Below the pieces are notes generated by a model that worked only from the letters and a program-made list of their open reading frames with translations, was not told where the DNA came from and did not search any database. The position numbers and the translations under genes were made by a program. A DNA stretch of 61,375 nucleotides, the filler included, from Globobulimina sp. (taxonomy: Eukaryota): the NCBI GenBank assembly GCA_003354225.1. It is 19 parts of 19 records of this genome, joined end to end, with 100 filler letters (N's around TTAATTAATTAA, not from the genome) between each part and the next. Parts side by side here need not be neighbours in the genome. Positions count along the whole stretch, not along the records: positions 35,608 to 38,741 come from PIVH01003625.1; positions 38,842 to 41,975 come from PIVH01003626.1; positions 42,076 to 45,209 come from PIVH01003627.1; positions 45,310 to 48,443 come from PIVH01003628.1; 15 more parts are not named here. One strand, given 5' to 3'. Each line of letters begins with the position of its first letter. The stretch's first letter is position 1. Shown here piece by piece: positions 35,852 through 47,272 of this stretch.

Positions 35852-38728
35852 TCACTGAGGGTCTATCGACCCAATGAATAAAATGGATGAAACAAAAGTG
35901 GTTAAAACAACAAAAAATAACGGACTATTGGCATCGATCCTCTCCATTGTTTCTGATTCAAAATATTGTTTCAACACATTATTAAGTTTTAATTCTTCGA
36001 TCAATCTCTCAAATAGCAATTTATAATCCGTGTCTTGATCTGGTTTATATTCTGAACGCGTATGATTGAGTAATAATGGATGGTTAACGATTTTTGATAT
36101 TAATTCATAATCATTATCATTGACTGCAAAACCAATTTGTTTCCAAAATACTTGACGATCACTAATTTTCTTTTTATAAATTTTTAATTGGTACAGGAGA
36201 TGGTCGATCTTCACATCAATATCTTTGGATAAATGCCTTGTCTCTGTAATATGTATATATTGATCATTTAATAATATTTCAGACTCATTTTTAAATTGTG
36301 TGATCCAGGTCACATCAATGCCTTTGATAAAAATAAATGGATTAAAATAATTTGTCATTATTTCCCATAAAAGTCCCATTCCATCGGAGAATTGATGAGC
36401 CACTGACATAGCTAACGTAGTTGATACCGGACCATTATATTTCGGCGCCCTGTCATTTACAGCAAATATTGCATTAATGCCATGATATATTGTGCCGGGT
36501 AATATTTTTGTTGGATCAAACTGCGGCAATGGTCGTGCGTGATACACAGCAGTTTTGTACATAGTGGTAGCCCATATAAAAAATTCTTTTTTTGTTTCGT
36601 GTGGGCTGTTGCTCCAAAATGATTTTCTAAATGATGAGGTCAATTCGGATTCGTCTGTATATAATTTTAAACATAATAATTCATCAAATGTATATTTATA
36701 TTTTGTATTTGCATTTTTACACCAAATCAAACATTGTTTTGAATAGGATTCCAACACATCTTTGCTGAGTGTACTAAATTTATTATTTATTGCTTCATCA
36801 CTTAATGATTTATATTTGCTTTTAAATCCATATCCAAACCATTCTAATACACAAATGCCAAAATTGAGTGCATTTACGCTTGAATTATCAATAAATGTTT
36901 CATTTAGTAAATTAAATACTGCTTTATATTGATGTTTAACTAAAAATGAATAAAGATTGGATTGGTTTGGTTGAAATCCTGTCTCTTTAATATAACAATC
37001 AATATCTTGCACCAAACTATCCCAATCATACTCTTCTAAATGCAGCCAATCAATTAATTCAACCACTGACGGATTATCAATTTTTTTAGCAACGAATTGT
37101 ATAAAATCATCAATTTCATCTGTGGCAATTGTTGAAAATCGTAAGTTATCGGTGGTTGTATCTTGATTGATATCGTCGTCTCCTCTACGAATACGAAATA
37201 ATTCATTTCCAGGATGTAACAAATAACAATGTAATGCATTTAAATATGAAACTAAAATATATTCTAAAATATCAGCCTCATCATCATATTTCTCTTCATT
37301 TAATTTATTTTGTGTGATATTAATAATATTTGCTTCCCGCTTTCTTGAATGTCTTTTTATTGAGACACATTTTGTGCCATTTCTGCACATACCAACAATT
37401 TCAGAAACATATTTTTTTATTTTCATTTTTTCATTTGCATCCAAACAAAATGAATGAACACAGATAATGTGCGTATAATATTTACTTAAACGAACCAAAT
37501 CAAATTGTTTCATGTCAATCTCATCAACTTTCATCCCTTTAAAAATATTGAGAGAATATATAATATAATCAATAAATTTACACTCTTCGACCTTTAATAC
37601 TTTATCAAACGTACATTGCCAATTTACATTAATTAAGATATTTTTTATTACATTACGATTATAATTAACACAAATATGCGTATATCTTGTAATAATCTTA
37701 TAATATCTACTAAATGTTTCATCTGCTAAATCAACAGAAAATCCATGTTTATATTGATCATCATATAATTGTTGTATATATTCAGCATAATTTAAATTAT
37801 TATTTTTTTTAAAAAGCCGTGGAATTACAGATGTTAAATATTCGGGGAAAAATCGCATTTTTCCATTACCATTTGGACTGTAAAATAAATAACATCGCAC
37901 AGTATTGTTAATAACATCAAATTGTAAGGATATGATATAATTTTCATTTAATTCTTGCAATTTATAATTATTATTATCTGGAAGTGCATTGCAAGTGATT
38001 GCGAACATTGTGTCGGTATTATCATTGTTATCGATGCTGGTTCTTCTGTCAACAATTAATAGCATACTTTGCTTTGTATCAACTGTTTTTATTCCATTGA
38101 TTTGTTGTTCAAATGCTTCAATAATTGAGCTTAAATCTTGTGAGTGATGGATGGATATCGTTGTTTGTTTAGAGACAGTGACATTTTTCGATTTTAAATA
38201 AGCATAAATATTTTGCAATTTAGCATCAACCGGAAACACGATATTTTCATCATATATCGAGACAATACGTTGTGGGATTACACATATTTTCAATCTCAAT
38301 GGGTACGACGTATTATTTTCTCTTTCCTTATGTACTAAATGTGTCGCCGCAAAAAAATACTTCCAAATCATATACATATTGTCATCGATCACATACTGAG
38401 GATAGAAATTTATGGTTGGTATAATATCTGTAAATGATCTTGTTTTGTTAATAAATTCTTCTTTATCATTTTCAAAATATCTATTCTTCTCAAAACATGC
38501 CAGATATGTTTGAATATCATATGATTTAAAATGATAGTTTGCAAATAAAAAACATTTATGTGTGTTATAAATATCTGTTAATACATTAAAATTTAAACCT
38601 TTATATTTCTGTGCAATATCTTTGTTCATTTGTTCTTCACTCAATATCATATTTACTGTAAAAAGACACAAACGAAACTTTTCAACTGATCCGCAAAATC
38701 GCATAAAATGAATAATATGTACATACAA
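35852..38728 (-). CDS. Large protein with a C-terminal ADP-ribosyltransferase-like domain
   Basis: 958-codon intronless ORF; LKLYTD..IYHG..GPVSTT..VAHQF..IDVTWITQFKNESEILL follows the ARTC-type motif order. Confidence 0.65.
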   Translation of the reverse strand: MYVHIIHFMRFCGSVEKFRLCLFTVNMILSEEQMNKDIAQKYKGLNFNVLTDIYNTHKCFLFANYHFKSYDIQTYLACFEKNRYFENDKEEFINKTRSFTDIIPTINFYPQYVIDDNMYMIWKYFFAATHLVHKERENNTSYPLRLKICVIPQRIVSIYDENIVFPVDAKLQNIYAYLKSKNVTVSKQTTISIHHSQDLSSIIEAFEQQINGIKTVDTKQSMLLIVDRRTSIDNNDNTDTMFAITCNALPDNNNYKLQELNENYIISLQFDVINNTVRCYLFYSPNGNGKMRFFPEYLTSVIPRLFKKNNNLNYAEYIQQLYDDQYKHGFSVDLADETFSRYYKIITRYTHICVNYNRNVIKNILINVNWQCTFDKVLKVEECKFIDYIIYSLNIFKGMKVDEIDMKQFDLVRLSKYYTHIICVHSFCLDANEKMKIKKYVSEIVGMCRNGTKCVSIKRHSRKREANIINITQNKLNEEKYDDEADILEYILVSYLNALHCYLLHPGNELFRIRRGDDDINQDTTTDNLRFSTIATDEIDDFIQFVAKKIDNPSVVELIDWLHLEEYDWDSLVQDIDCYIKETGFQPNQSNLYSFLVKHQYKAVFNLLNETFIDNSSVNALNFGICVLEWFGYGFKSKYKSLSDEAINNKFSTLSKDVLESYSKQCLIWCKNANTKYKYTFDELLCLKLYTDESELTSSFRKSFWSNSPHETKKEFFIWATTMYKTAVYHARPLPQFDPTKILPGTIYHGINAIFAVNDRAPKYNGPVSTTLAMSVAHQFSDGMGLLWEIMTNYFNPFIFIKGIDVTWITQFKNESEILLNDQYIHITETRHLSKDIDVKIDHLLYQLKIYKKKISDRQVFWKQIGFAVNDNDYELISKIVNHPLLLNHTRSEYKPDQDTDYKLLFERLIEELKLNNVLKQYFESETMERIDANSPLFFVVLTTFVSSILFIGSIDPQ

Positions 38729-38842
38729 AGTCGTTGTTGTANNNNNNNNNNNNNNNNNNNNNNNNNNNNNNNNNNNNNNNNNNNNTTAATTAATTAANNN
38801 NNNNNNNNNNNNNNNNNNNNNNNNNNNNNNNNNNNNNNNNNG

Positions 38843-40303
38843 ACCGCACTTGTAAATGCCGGATATAATCAGGAAACATTAGATTTATATTATAAATATT
38901 ATGCATTAACTGCTACTAATGATGTATCAAATTTATTGGCGATTAAATCTGTTATAAATATCAAAGATTATGACAAAGGGAAGCAAATATATTCAGATAC
39001 ATCACAAAATAGACGCAAACACAAACAAAGCATCGAGTTAATGACTACTATGATAGATTTGTATGGGGAATGTAATGAGATTGCAAATGCAGAGGAAATG
39101 TTTAAAAACATACAGCAAAATCATAAAGAAATGAGTGTGATTTGCCTCAATGTTTTACTCAAACAATATGTGAATAATCATCATAATGATAAAGCATTAT
39201 TATTATATCATGACGAACAATATAGCTCATTAATAAATGATATATCACACAGATTGGCATTGACGGCATGCATAAATATTAATGATTTGGTGTCTGGCGA
39301 AGAGATTATAAAAAATAATTATTATTTTGATAATAATTTGGAAATGAAAGCAGCGATAATTGAGTTTTATGGTTCATTTAATAATATTATAAAAGCATTG
39401 GATATATTCCATTCAATTGAATTGAAGAATAATATGAATGACATGATAATTAATTCAATGATCCATTCATATTTAAATTGTAAAATGAATGTAGAATGTA
39501 TAGAATTTTATCAATCTATTTTTAAAAAGTATCCATTATTAAAAGCAAATGTAACAACATATATTTTAATGCTTAAAGTATGTACTCTGAGTACATTTGT
39601 TTATTTTGGACAAGAAATTCATAAAGAAATAAGAAAAGAAAGTAATGACATTGTATATAATAAAGATATAACAATGAATTTAATTTCATTTTATGGGAAA
39701 TGTGGAATGTTAAATGAATGCAAACATATTTTTAATGACATTGGTAATGATAAACATAAAAAAGCAGACAATCAAATTTGGAATCATTACATTCATGCAT
39801 TTGGTAGAAATAATGATATTGATTCTTGTCAAAATATATTGAGAGAAATGCAAAATGATTATAAAATAGAACCGGATGTATGGACCTACAGAAAATTAAT
39901 GAACGCATTTAGTTATTGTGGAAATGCTGAAATTGCAGAAACTTATTGGAACGAAATAAAAGATAAAAATATAAAATATGATTCGTTAGTAATTACAACA
40001 TTTGTTGATTGTTTCTCAAAAAAGGGAATATTGCAAAAAGCAAAGGAAATATGGTTACAATATGAAAAACATAAAATTGTTGAAAATCATCCAAATGATA
40101 AAAAAATATTAATGTCATTAATGTCTGGCTGTTCAACGCATCAAAATATTGAACTTGGTAACGAAATTTATAAAGAAATTAAAAAGCGCGCAAATGATAA
40201 AGCAAATAATATGAATGAAGATAATGTGAATGCTGCCTTTGTTTTATTGTCAAATATTTATTCCTTTCAACATTATAAACATCACTCAACTTTTACGGAA
40301 TAA
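38843..40303 (+). CDS. Pentatricopeptide repeat protein with an E-like extension, 5' partial
   Basis: MIDLYGEC..AEEMF, LISFYGKCGML, WNHYIHAFGR, PDVWTYRKLMNAFSYCG, FVDCFSKKG; ends LMSLMSGCSTHQNIELG..AFVLLSNIYS. Confidence 0.9.
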   Translation, partial: TALVNAGYNQETLDLYYKYYALTATNDVSNLLAIKSVINIKDYDKGKQIYSDTSQNRRKHKQSIELMTTMIDLYGECNEIANAEEMFKNIQQNHKEMSVICLNVLLKQYVNNHHNDKALLLYHDEQYSSLINDISHRLALTACININDLVSGEEIIKNNYYFDNNLEMKAAIIEFYGSFNNIIKALDIFHSIELKNNMNDMIINSMIHSYLNCKMNVECIEFYQSIFKKYPLLKANVTTYILMLKVCTLSTFVYFGQEIHKEIRKESNDIVYNKDITMNLISFYGKCGMLNECKHIFNDIGNDKHKKADNQIWNHYIHAFGRNNDIDSCQNILREMQNDYKIEPDVWTYRKLMNAFSYCGNAEIAETYWNEIKDKNIKYDSLVITTFVDCFSKKGILQKAKEIWLQYEKHKIVENHPNDKKILMSLMSGCSTHQNIELGNEIYKEIKKRANDKANNMNEDNVNAAFVLLSNIYSFQHYKHHSTFTE

Positions 40304-40360
40304 ATTCATCAGATATCATAGTTCATAATTTGATAGTCTTTATACTTTGTTGTTATTTAT

Positions 40361-40414
40361 ATAGTTCCTATTTATATAGTTATTTAAATAGTTCCTATTT
40401 CCTATAGTTCCTAT
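40361..40414. repeat. Short repeats ATAGTTCCTAT x3
   Basis: Copies at 40361, 40388 and 40404, in intergenic DNA. Confidence 0.75.
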
Positions 40415-40489
40415 CTAAATAAAAAACTCAAAGCTCAAAACTTTAAAACTTAATTAACATCTTTGGCCTTTTACCACTCTTATTTCAAC

Positions 40490-41433
40490 ATGTTCCTCCT
40501 AACCGTCATATTATCATTTTTGGTGTTATCAAAATCGGAAACGGTCACAATCGCAGCCGCAAGAGAACAAGCCGATGTTAGTGACACTATTGAATACACC
40601 GTAACAGGGCAATTAACATCAACACCTGGTGTATATATGGATCGGTTTAAATCACAAACTGGCGCAGGATTTACTCTTCAAGATGATACAGGTACACTAC
40701 AATAAGTCTACATAAACAATATGATATAATGGCATTAGCCAACCCGTTTAAATTTGTTACATTCACACTTCACAGGAGGCATATTTGTATATGTGGAAGA
40801 CACTGCATTTTATGGTGGCAATACAGCTGATTATGTTTTAGGTTTGTTTACTTTCTTTGGTTTCAGATACAAAAAAAAGGCTCGCTCTAAATGCCCGAAT
40901 GAAAATACATAGGAACTTCAGTAGCCGTAACAGGAATAATTGACACTAACACTGGTCCTCTCCTAGACGCCGTTGAAGGCGGTGTTGTTCGAATCAAACC
41001 GACAGATTTGAGTGATGTCGTGATTGGAGAGACAGGAAACGAGGTACAACCAAGAGTTATTAATCCAGATCAAGTTAAAGATTACCAGGGCGAATTAGTG
41101 CAGATACAAAATGTAAATATATCTCATTTGATAGTAACCGGTGTATGGGGCAGTGATTACCGCGCTATTAATGCTGCTGGTCAATCGACATCGATTTGGT
41201 TTTACCCTGTTTGGAATCAATCAAATTCATTTCCTGTGGTCGGACAGACATATGAACAGATGACTGGGTTTGCCGCTGTCTTCGTCAAAGTAAATCTAAG
41301 TCATGTTTTGGAAGAAGAGTATGAATTATGGCCAAGAACAGATGGAGATTGGGAAGAAACTAATTCATCAAACAGATACAAATTTGTTGGTAGCATGATT
41401 GGATGTCTTTTGTTTCTAATATTCCATCAATAA
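40490..41433 (+). CDS. Secreted/anchored OB-fold protein of bacterial type, three exons
   Basis: Signal peptide; TIAAAR..VTG..GFTLQDDTG|GIFVY..G|TSVAVTG..YQGELVQI..YELWPRTDGD; introns 40692-40775 and 40842-40912; hydrophobic C-terminal tail. Confidence 0.7.
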
Positions 41434-41544
41434 TTAATTATGTCTACATTGACTACACAAACATTAACCTACAACTTTTGAACTTTATTAACTTATTAAT
41501 TTATTATTTCTCTTTAATTAATTATGTTTCTTTCAATTATTTCC

Positions 41545-41832
41545 ATGAACTTGTGTTAGTTGTGTAAATTCAGCAAATCGTTTTTATGGATGGAATGGTT
41601 CCTGTTAGATTTTGTACATTAAACCTAAAAAAATCTATTTTGTAAACATATTGATGATTGGTTTCATTGTATAATTATTAAAATACGCGCCACCGCCGCC
41701 ACATTGATCATTAATATAATTTGTGTGATTTCTATCATTGATTTGAGTCATATTCCATTGACACCCACTCCAATATGGCCCATTCCATTCTTTATACAAT
41801 ATATTCATCGCATTAATTGCAATCTCATTCAA
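41545..41832 (-). pseudogene. Frameshifted N-terminal fragment of an LRR protein
   Basis: LYKEWNGPYW..CQW (LRR N-cap-like), then after a frameshift NLTGTIPS and an early stop. Confidence 0.5.
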
Positions 41833-42075
41833 ATACGACTCGTATTAAAAATCTTAAATACATTAAGCCAGACAAACGTGGATGGAAACATTATTTACGA
41901 TATCTTCAATACTATAACGAGTTGAGGAGGATTTAAATGGATTTGGGTTTGGGTTACAAAAAGATTCAATGTTTGNNNNNNNNNNNNNNNNNNNNNNNNN
42001 NNNNNNNNNNNNNNNNNNNTTAATTAATTAANNNNNNNNNNNNNNNNNNNNNNNNNNNNNNNNNNNNNNNNNNNN

Positions 42076-45000
42076 TTTTTGAACAATAAAATAATTTCAA
42101 TGCATATTTCTTTTTAATATATGCTATTGGATCATTTTTTGTGTCACCGATTGAATAATATTTTTCTTGTTTATTATATTTAATGGTAATTTCGTTCAAA
42201 TTATTATTGGTAGTATTCGTTCTGTATAACAAATTTAATTGACCCAACTTATTTGCATCCGTATACAATATAAAAACGCCATATTTAATATTTTCTTGTT
42301 TGCATAAAATATTATTTGCATTGTGTTTTCCTATCAACAGTCCAAATTCATCGTTATTAATATCATTCAGCTGATCCATATTATACTGAACGTCAGTTAT
42401 TTTATATATTTTTTTAAATTTCCGTATCAAATAACAAAGCGATTCTAACCAATTCCAAAACTTTTCAAATCGAGCTATATTAACTACCAATTCGTCATTC
42501 AATGTTTTACATTTGAATATTTCAAATGATTTCAAATAGTCTTTCTCCAATTTTATTAATGTTGGTATTTTATGTTTTAATTTTGTGATTGAAGAGAATT
42601 TCTCATTAAATAATCTTTGTAAATTGCATAATTGCGCAATATTTTTATTATGATTACAACATTCTTTCCGCCAGATTTCTTGCAACTTTTTGTCCATTTT
42701 AAACAATATCCTATTATTGAAATCATTATATTTTACATCCTCAGTTATTACTGCTTCGATATCAACAATTGATATAGTTTGACTTTGATTTATTAAATGT
42801 ACTTTCTTTTTATTTTTAATCATTTTTATATCATCTTCTTCGTCATATTCATTCGATTGATATGAATTTAGCTCCGCTGTTATATCGTGTTTTAAACTCA
42901 TTACTTCACTGTGAATATTTGTCAACGACGGCAATGAATGATGTGAATGGTCCAATATTGTCGGTACCAATAACCTGTTTGACTCTCTTTTTACGGGCAC
43001 TGTATTGTCAAACATTGAACGCATTGACTCACTATCTCTACATCTGAATGAGTGTAATGACGCACTGGACACTGTCCCAGCACCACCCATAGGATATGAT
43101 ATCTGATATGCAATATGCGTATGTGGTATATTTGGTGGATACGGAGTATCATTTCGAATCTCCGGAGGTGTCATTGGCGTGAATTCAATGCTTGCGGCGG
43201 ACTTAAACGAGTGTCTATCTGTCGGCAAATCATTTACTCGAATCTTAATATCTTGTCCGATGCTACCATTTTTAGCTTGCGCAGCAAACTGATAATCTGC
43301 CAACAAAAATTCCTTCAATGCATCGAAATGTCTCTGTTTAATGAACTCACTCAATTGTGATATATCTGTGGCGTTTCGAATGTTTGAAATAGTATCATCA
43401 ATATCTACATCCTCCTCGTCAATGGTTGCACTTTTTTCATCCGGTAATAGCACAGAATGTCCGTGTTGCAGTTGTGTGGGACACAAATGTTTCTGTAAAT
43501 TACTAGTACTGTTAAAGAATGGTGAAATAGAATGAGAATGATATGCCGCCATGGTAGTCACTGGTATATTATTGCTAGGCGTTGCCATTTGCATCCATTC
43601 ATCTGGCAACTTATCAGCAATATAGTCCAATGTCAGCTCCATATCCTCAGTGGTTTGCAGTTTCGAGACCCACGCCGCTACTCGCTTGACAAAACGTGCT
43701 TTGCCATCAAATTTGTGATGTAGACCCGTATGAGCTTCCACTTGCATCACACCAAAATGTTTCGGTGCGTGCTTGATAGCTATCAGATTGATAAATAACT
43801 CACTAAGTTTGGACTTTGACAGTTGATTAATGACAGTCGCAGCAAATAGACATGCATTGGTGAAAAAGGTTTGCATTGCTTTTATATATCGGTTATATTC
43901 ATCGTTAGACGACATATGATCAGAGCACACTCGCTCGGAATTGGTAGAATCAAAACCTGTCAGTGGCAACTTCTTAAAACTGTTGATCAGATTATCGCCA
44001 TCGTCTGTATATATACACTTGCATGTTTTAGGCATCTTCAATGCAAACTGTTTGATCCATTCCCGGGGATCACGGTATTTATTCTTCCATGAGTCTACGT
44101 TTAGAATCACAACACATATGGATATATCAGGTATTTGTTGTTGAATGTCAGCTAAAAGATCAGTAGATATATAGCCATTAATATGTGCAAAGTGTTGCGA
44201 TAGTTTATTATCCATAATCTCATCAAATGTATACCGGTTAAAAGTCTGTTCTTGCTCGCAATCGATAACAACAACACCATGTTTAAAATACCGATGCTGT
44301 TGCAAATAATTCATCAGTTTTATAATCACGGAGCGCCGGCCATAATTCCTCCGACCAATACACGAAATGATTTGGTATTTCGACACTGCGGCATATAATT
44401 CAATCAACTCTTTGCTCCGACCAACAAATGGAGTTTCATACTGTAAATGTGCGCAGCTGCTGTAAGTGGATAGGTTGCCCACATCGATTGGATCGCAGTT
44501 CTCTTTGTAATCATGGAAAGCTACAAAACGAGGGTCACAATCGTGTCTAATATATAAAGTAAATCTGTTCTGCTGTCCAATGGTATTATGTCTTTCCATG
44601 AAAATGGTTTCCGACTGCTGCAGTTCGTCCATTACACTCTCGGAGGAAACTAATTTCTTCAATACGTCCTGTTGCAGTAATTGTGTATTTATATCCTGGC
44701 TGCTGGACGCTGTGAGTGCTAATTCGAAGCTACGTTCAATGCATTCGCCATCTAATAGCGCACTGTACAAATGAGTTAGAAATACAGTTATTTTGTAATT
44801 GTTTTTGTCCCTGTTTTGCTTTGGAATGTTATTATTAAATGTTTTGATGCCTACAATGTATTTATAGCCCAATTTGGAGAATATATCCACCATCTTTTTA
44901 TAATCCGGTGATAATACAATCACAATGTCATTATATTGAGACTTAAACATTGTGGCTAACTGCTCGGTCGTGAACCATGTCCCATTAATGATATTGTCAT

Positions 45001-45209
45001 CGCATTCTAATAAGACATAATCACGATCACTGTTTCTGATTTCTGGACTAATTAAATGTTTATAGGGATCTGAGTCGTTTGGATTCAACAGTACTTCATT
45101 TGGATTACAACAATGTGCCATAAATTGTAATATCTTACAACCGCCATTGTTCATTACAGTAGCTATGCTCTGCGGCGTTGCTCTGTAATTTACGCATTTT
45201 ACCTGTTTT
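42076..45209 (-). CDS. CHAT-like + degenerate STAND P-loop NTPase + SH2-like protein, partial at both ends
   Basis: ATPQSI..KILQFMAHC..FLTHLYSALLDG..SFELA; FVGRSKEL..GRRNYGRRS..VVILNVD; FEKFWNWL..GLLIGKHNANNIL..GVFILY..GQLNLLY. Confidence 0.65.
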
Positions 45210-45309
45210 NNNNNNNNNNNNNNNNNNNNNNNNNNNNNNNNNNNNNNNNNNNNTTAATTAATTAANNNNNNNNNNNNNNNNNNNNNNNNNNNNNNNNNNN
45301 NNNNNNNNN

Positions 45310-45593
45310 CAACCACTGAGCCTACGCCTCAACCTACATTAAGGCCAACAGTAAAAAGTCCAACAACCAGTCCAACAGAAAGGCCGTCGATATCTGAAAG
45401 CCCAACATCCAGCCCGGCCGAATCTGAAACTCCAACAAATTTTCCAACGCTTGAGCCAACTCTTTATCCCACTAAAATGTCATATGAATGGACAGAAGCT
45501 GCTGGATCTACGGCAAGAAATTATTGGGAGAAATCACATTCACATGATTCTGATAATGATCGTATTCAAATAAATGTTCACATTGGATCATGA
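45310..45593 (+). CDS. Pro/Thr-repeat protein, C-terminal fragment
   Basis: PTTEPTPQPTLRPT..SPTTSPT..PTNFPTLEPTLYPT, read from the contig edge. Confidence 0.5.
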
Positions 45594-45903
45594 TCGAAAA
45601 GACGAAAACCTTATTTTGACTGATTGATATTCTTGATATTATATTTATTTTTCCTCTAACTTTTGTAAAACACAATGCAATATTTTTCAATCGGTTTTTG
45701 CCATATAATTTACATTAAAAAAAAAACAGCCATCAGAATACATTTAATCTGCACTCACATAATACTCCCTCTTAGATCTTATTCCCAACACCGAGGTATT
45801 TAATACATGATGGCATGATATAATAAATAATCTGTTTCTGACGCTGAAATGTTGGAAGGTAGTTTCTGAAAACGGTACATCTTTGAAAAGCGTCGACGTC
45901 TGA

Positions 45904-47085
45904 ATGGCAGAGTTAGAAGCTCCAGAACTTTTAGATGCCTTAATTGTTGAACCTTGGCAACCATTCAAATGTGATAAAATTGAGTATGAAGAAGAAGAAG
46001 ATGATTTATTGGATTTAATGGATCTGGAAGATGAAAATAACGATAATAATAACAATACATTATTTCAAATAAAATGTCAATTTTCAAATCAATGCATTGG
46101 TATATTACTAACAGACTTAATCAATGTATGGTACTGTGAACAGTCCCAATCGCAGATAAGATCCACACAAAGAAAATTAAATCCAGCCATGGAATCAAAC
46201 ACAATCCAACAAATTAACAAACAAATTCAAAATATGTTGTGTTTCTCGGACCAAATTGGCTCAAATCACGCCAAAAAGATAATATTTAACAATGAGAATA
46301 AAACATCCTTAATAATGCACATATCGATGACCATCGAAAATATTATTCAGTTTAAATGGCAATTAACATTCAATAAATATGGGTCAGCCATTGACCAAGC
46401 AACGCTTTTAAAACAACAATTAATTTTACCATTAATGTCCATTGCAAATGAACTTGCTTCGAAACTAAATGCACAAAACAATAATAATTATATGCAGCAA
46501 TCAAATAATAATAAGGTATTTCCACAAAAAATAACGGATTCCTTTTTACAATTTAATATCCGCGGAACAATGGCAAATTTATATAAAAATACCATGGATT
46601 TCTTAACGTTTTCGCAAATGGGAGGCGGTGCGGATGATAATTACCAAGCAAATGAACGAGAACATATATCAAATGTTGTAATAACAAATATAGCCACAAA
46701 TAATAACCGGATCATTGGTGGCAGTGCGCTGCCGGAAAAACCAAAAGGAAGGAAAAAGAAGAGAGTGCTAACTGATTCCATGGAAGATAAACATCCGAAA
46801 CCTGCAAATAAGAGAATGCGAAAAATGTACAATGATTCGGATGATGATGTGTTACATGGTTTAATTGGAAGGGAGGATGATTTAAAAATGAGTGAACTGG
46901 ATGGCAATAATGACACAATGGATTGTATGACAACCAATACAATGAATCATAGTGCCTCGGAAACACAGCAAGAGAGGCAAGAGTTGAAAAGAAGGGAGGA
47001 ATTAAGACAGAAATTGGAGGCAAAGAAAAAGGACACCAAAGCTCAGAAAAAGAAGAAAAAGAAAAAAAAGAAATTGAGAATATGA
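45904..47085 (+). CDS. XLF/Cernunnos (NHEJ1)-like protein
   Basis: EPWQPF, ILLTDLINVWYCE, RKLNP, FKWQLTF, QQLILPLMSI match the XLF head-domain pattern; basic-hydrophobic C-terminus. Confidence 0.72.
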   Translation: MAELEAPELLDALIVEPWQPFKCDKIEYEEEEDDLLDLMDLEDENNDNNNNTLFQIKCQFSNQCIGILLTDLINVWYCEQSQSQIRSTQRKLNPAMESNTIQQINKQIQNMLCFSDQIGSNHAKKIIFNNENKTSLIMHISMTIENIIQFKWQLTFNKYGSAIDQATLLKQQLILPLMSIANELASKLNAQNNNNYMQQSNNNKVFPQKITDSFLQFNIRGTMANLYKNTMDFLTFSQMGGGADDNYQANEREHISNVVITNIATNNNRIIGGSALPEKPKGRKKKRVLTDSMEDKHPKPANKRMRKMYNDSDDDVLHGLIGREDDLKMSELDGNNDTMDCMTTNTMNHSASETQQERQELKRREELRQKLEAKKKDTKAQKKKKKKKKKLRI

Positions 47086-47272
47086 TCTAACTCTTGACAT
47101 AACTGACTATTAACTGTTTATTTAAATGTGGCGGCTACATGCATCACATTACAAAGCACAAACGTGTTACCTGACTGCGACAAAACGACAAAATCTTCGT
47201 GTTCCTACCCTAAAACATAAGTAATAAGTTACAAAAAATAATTAGCAACACTTACAAAAAAAACGTCCAATA

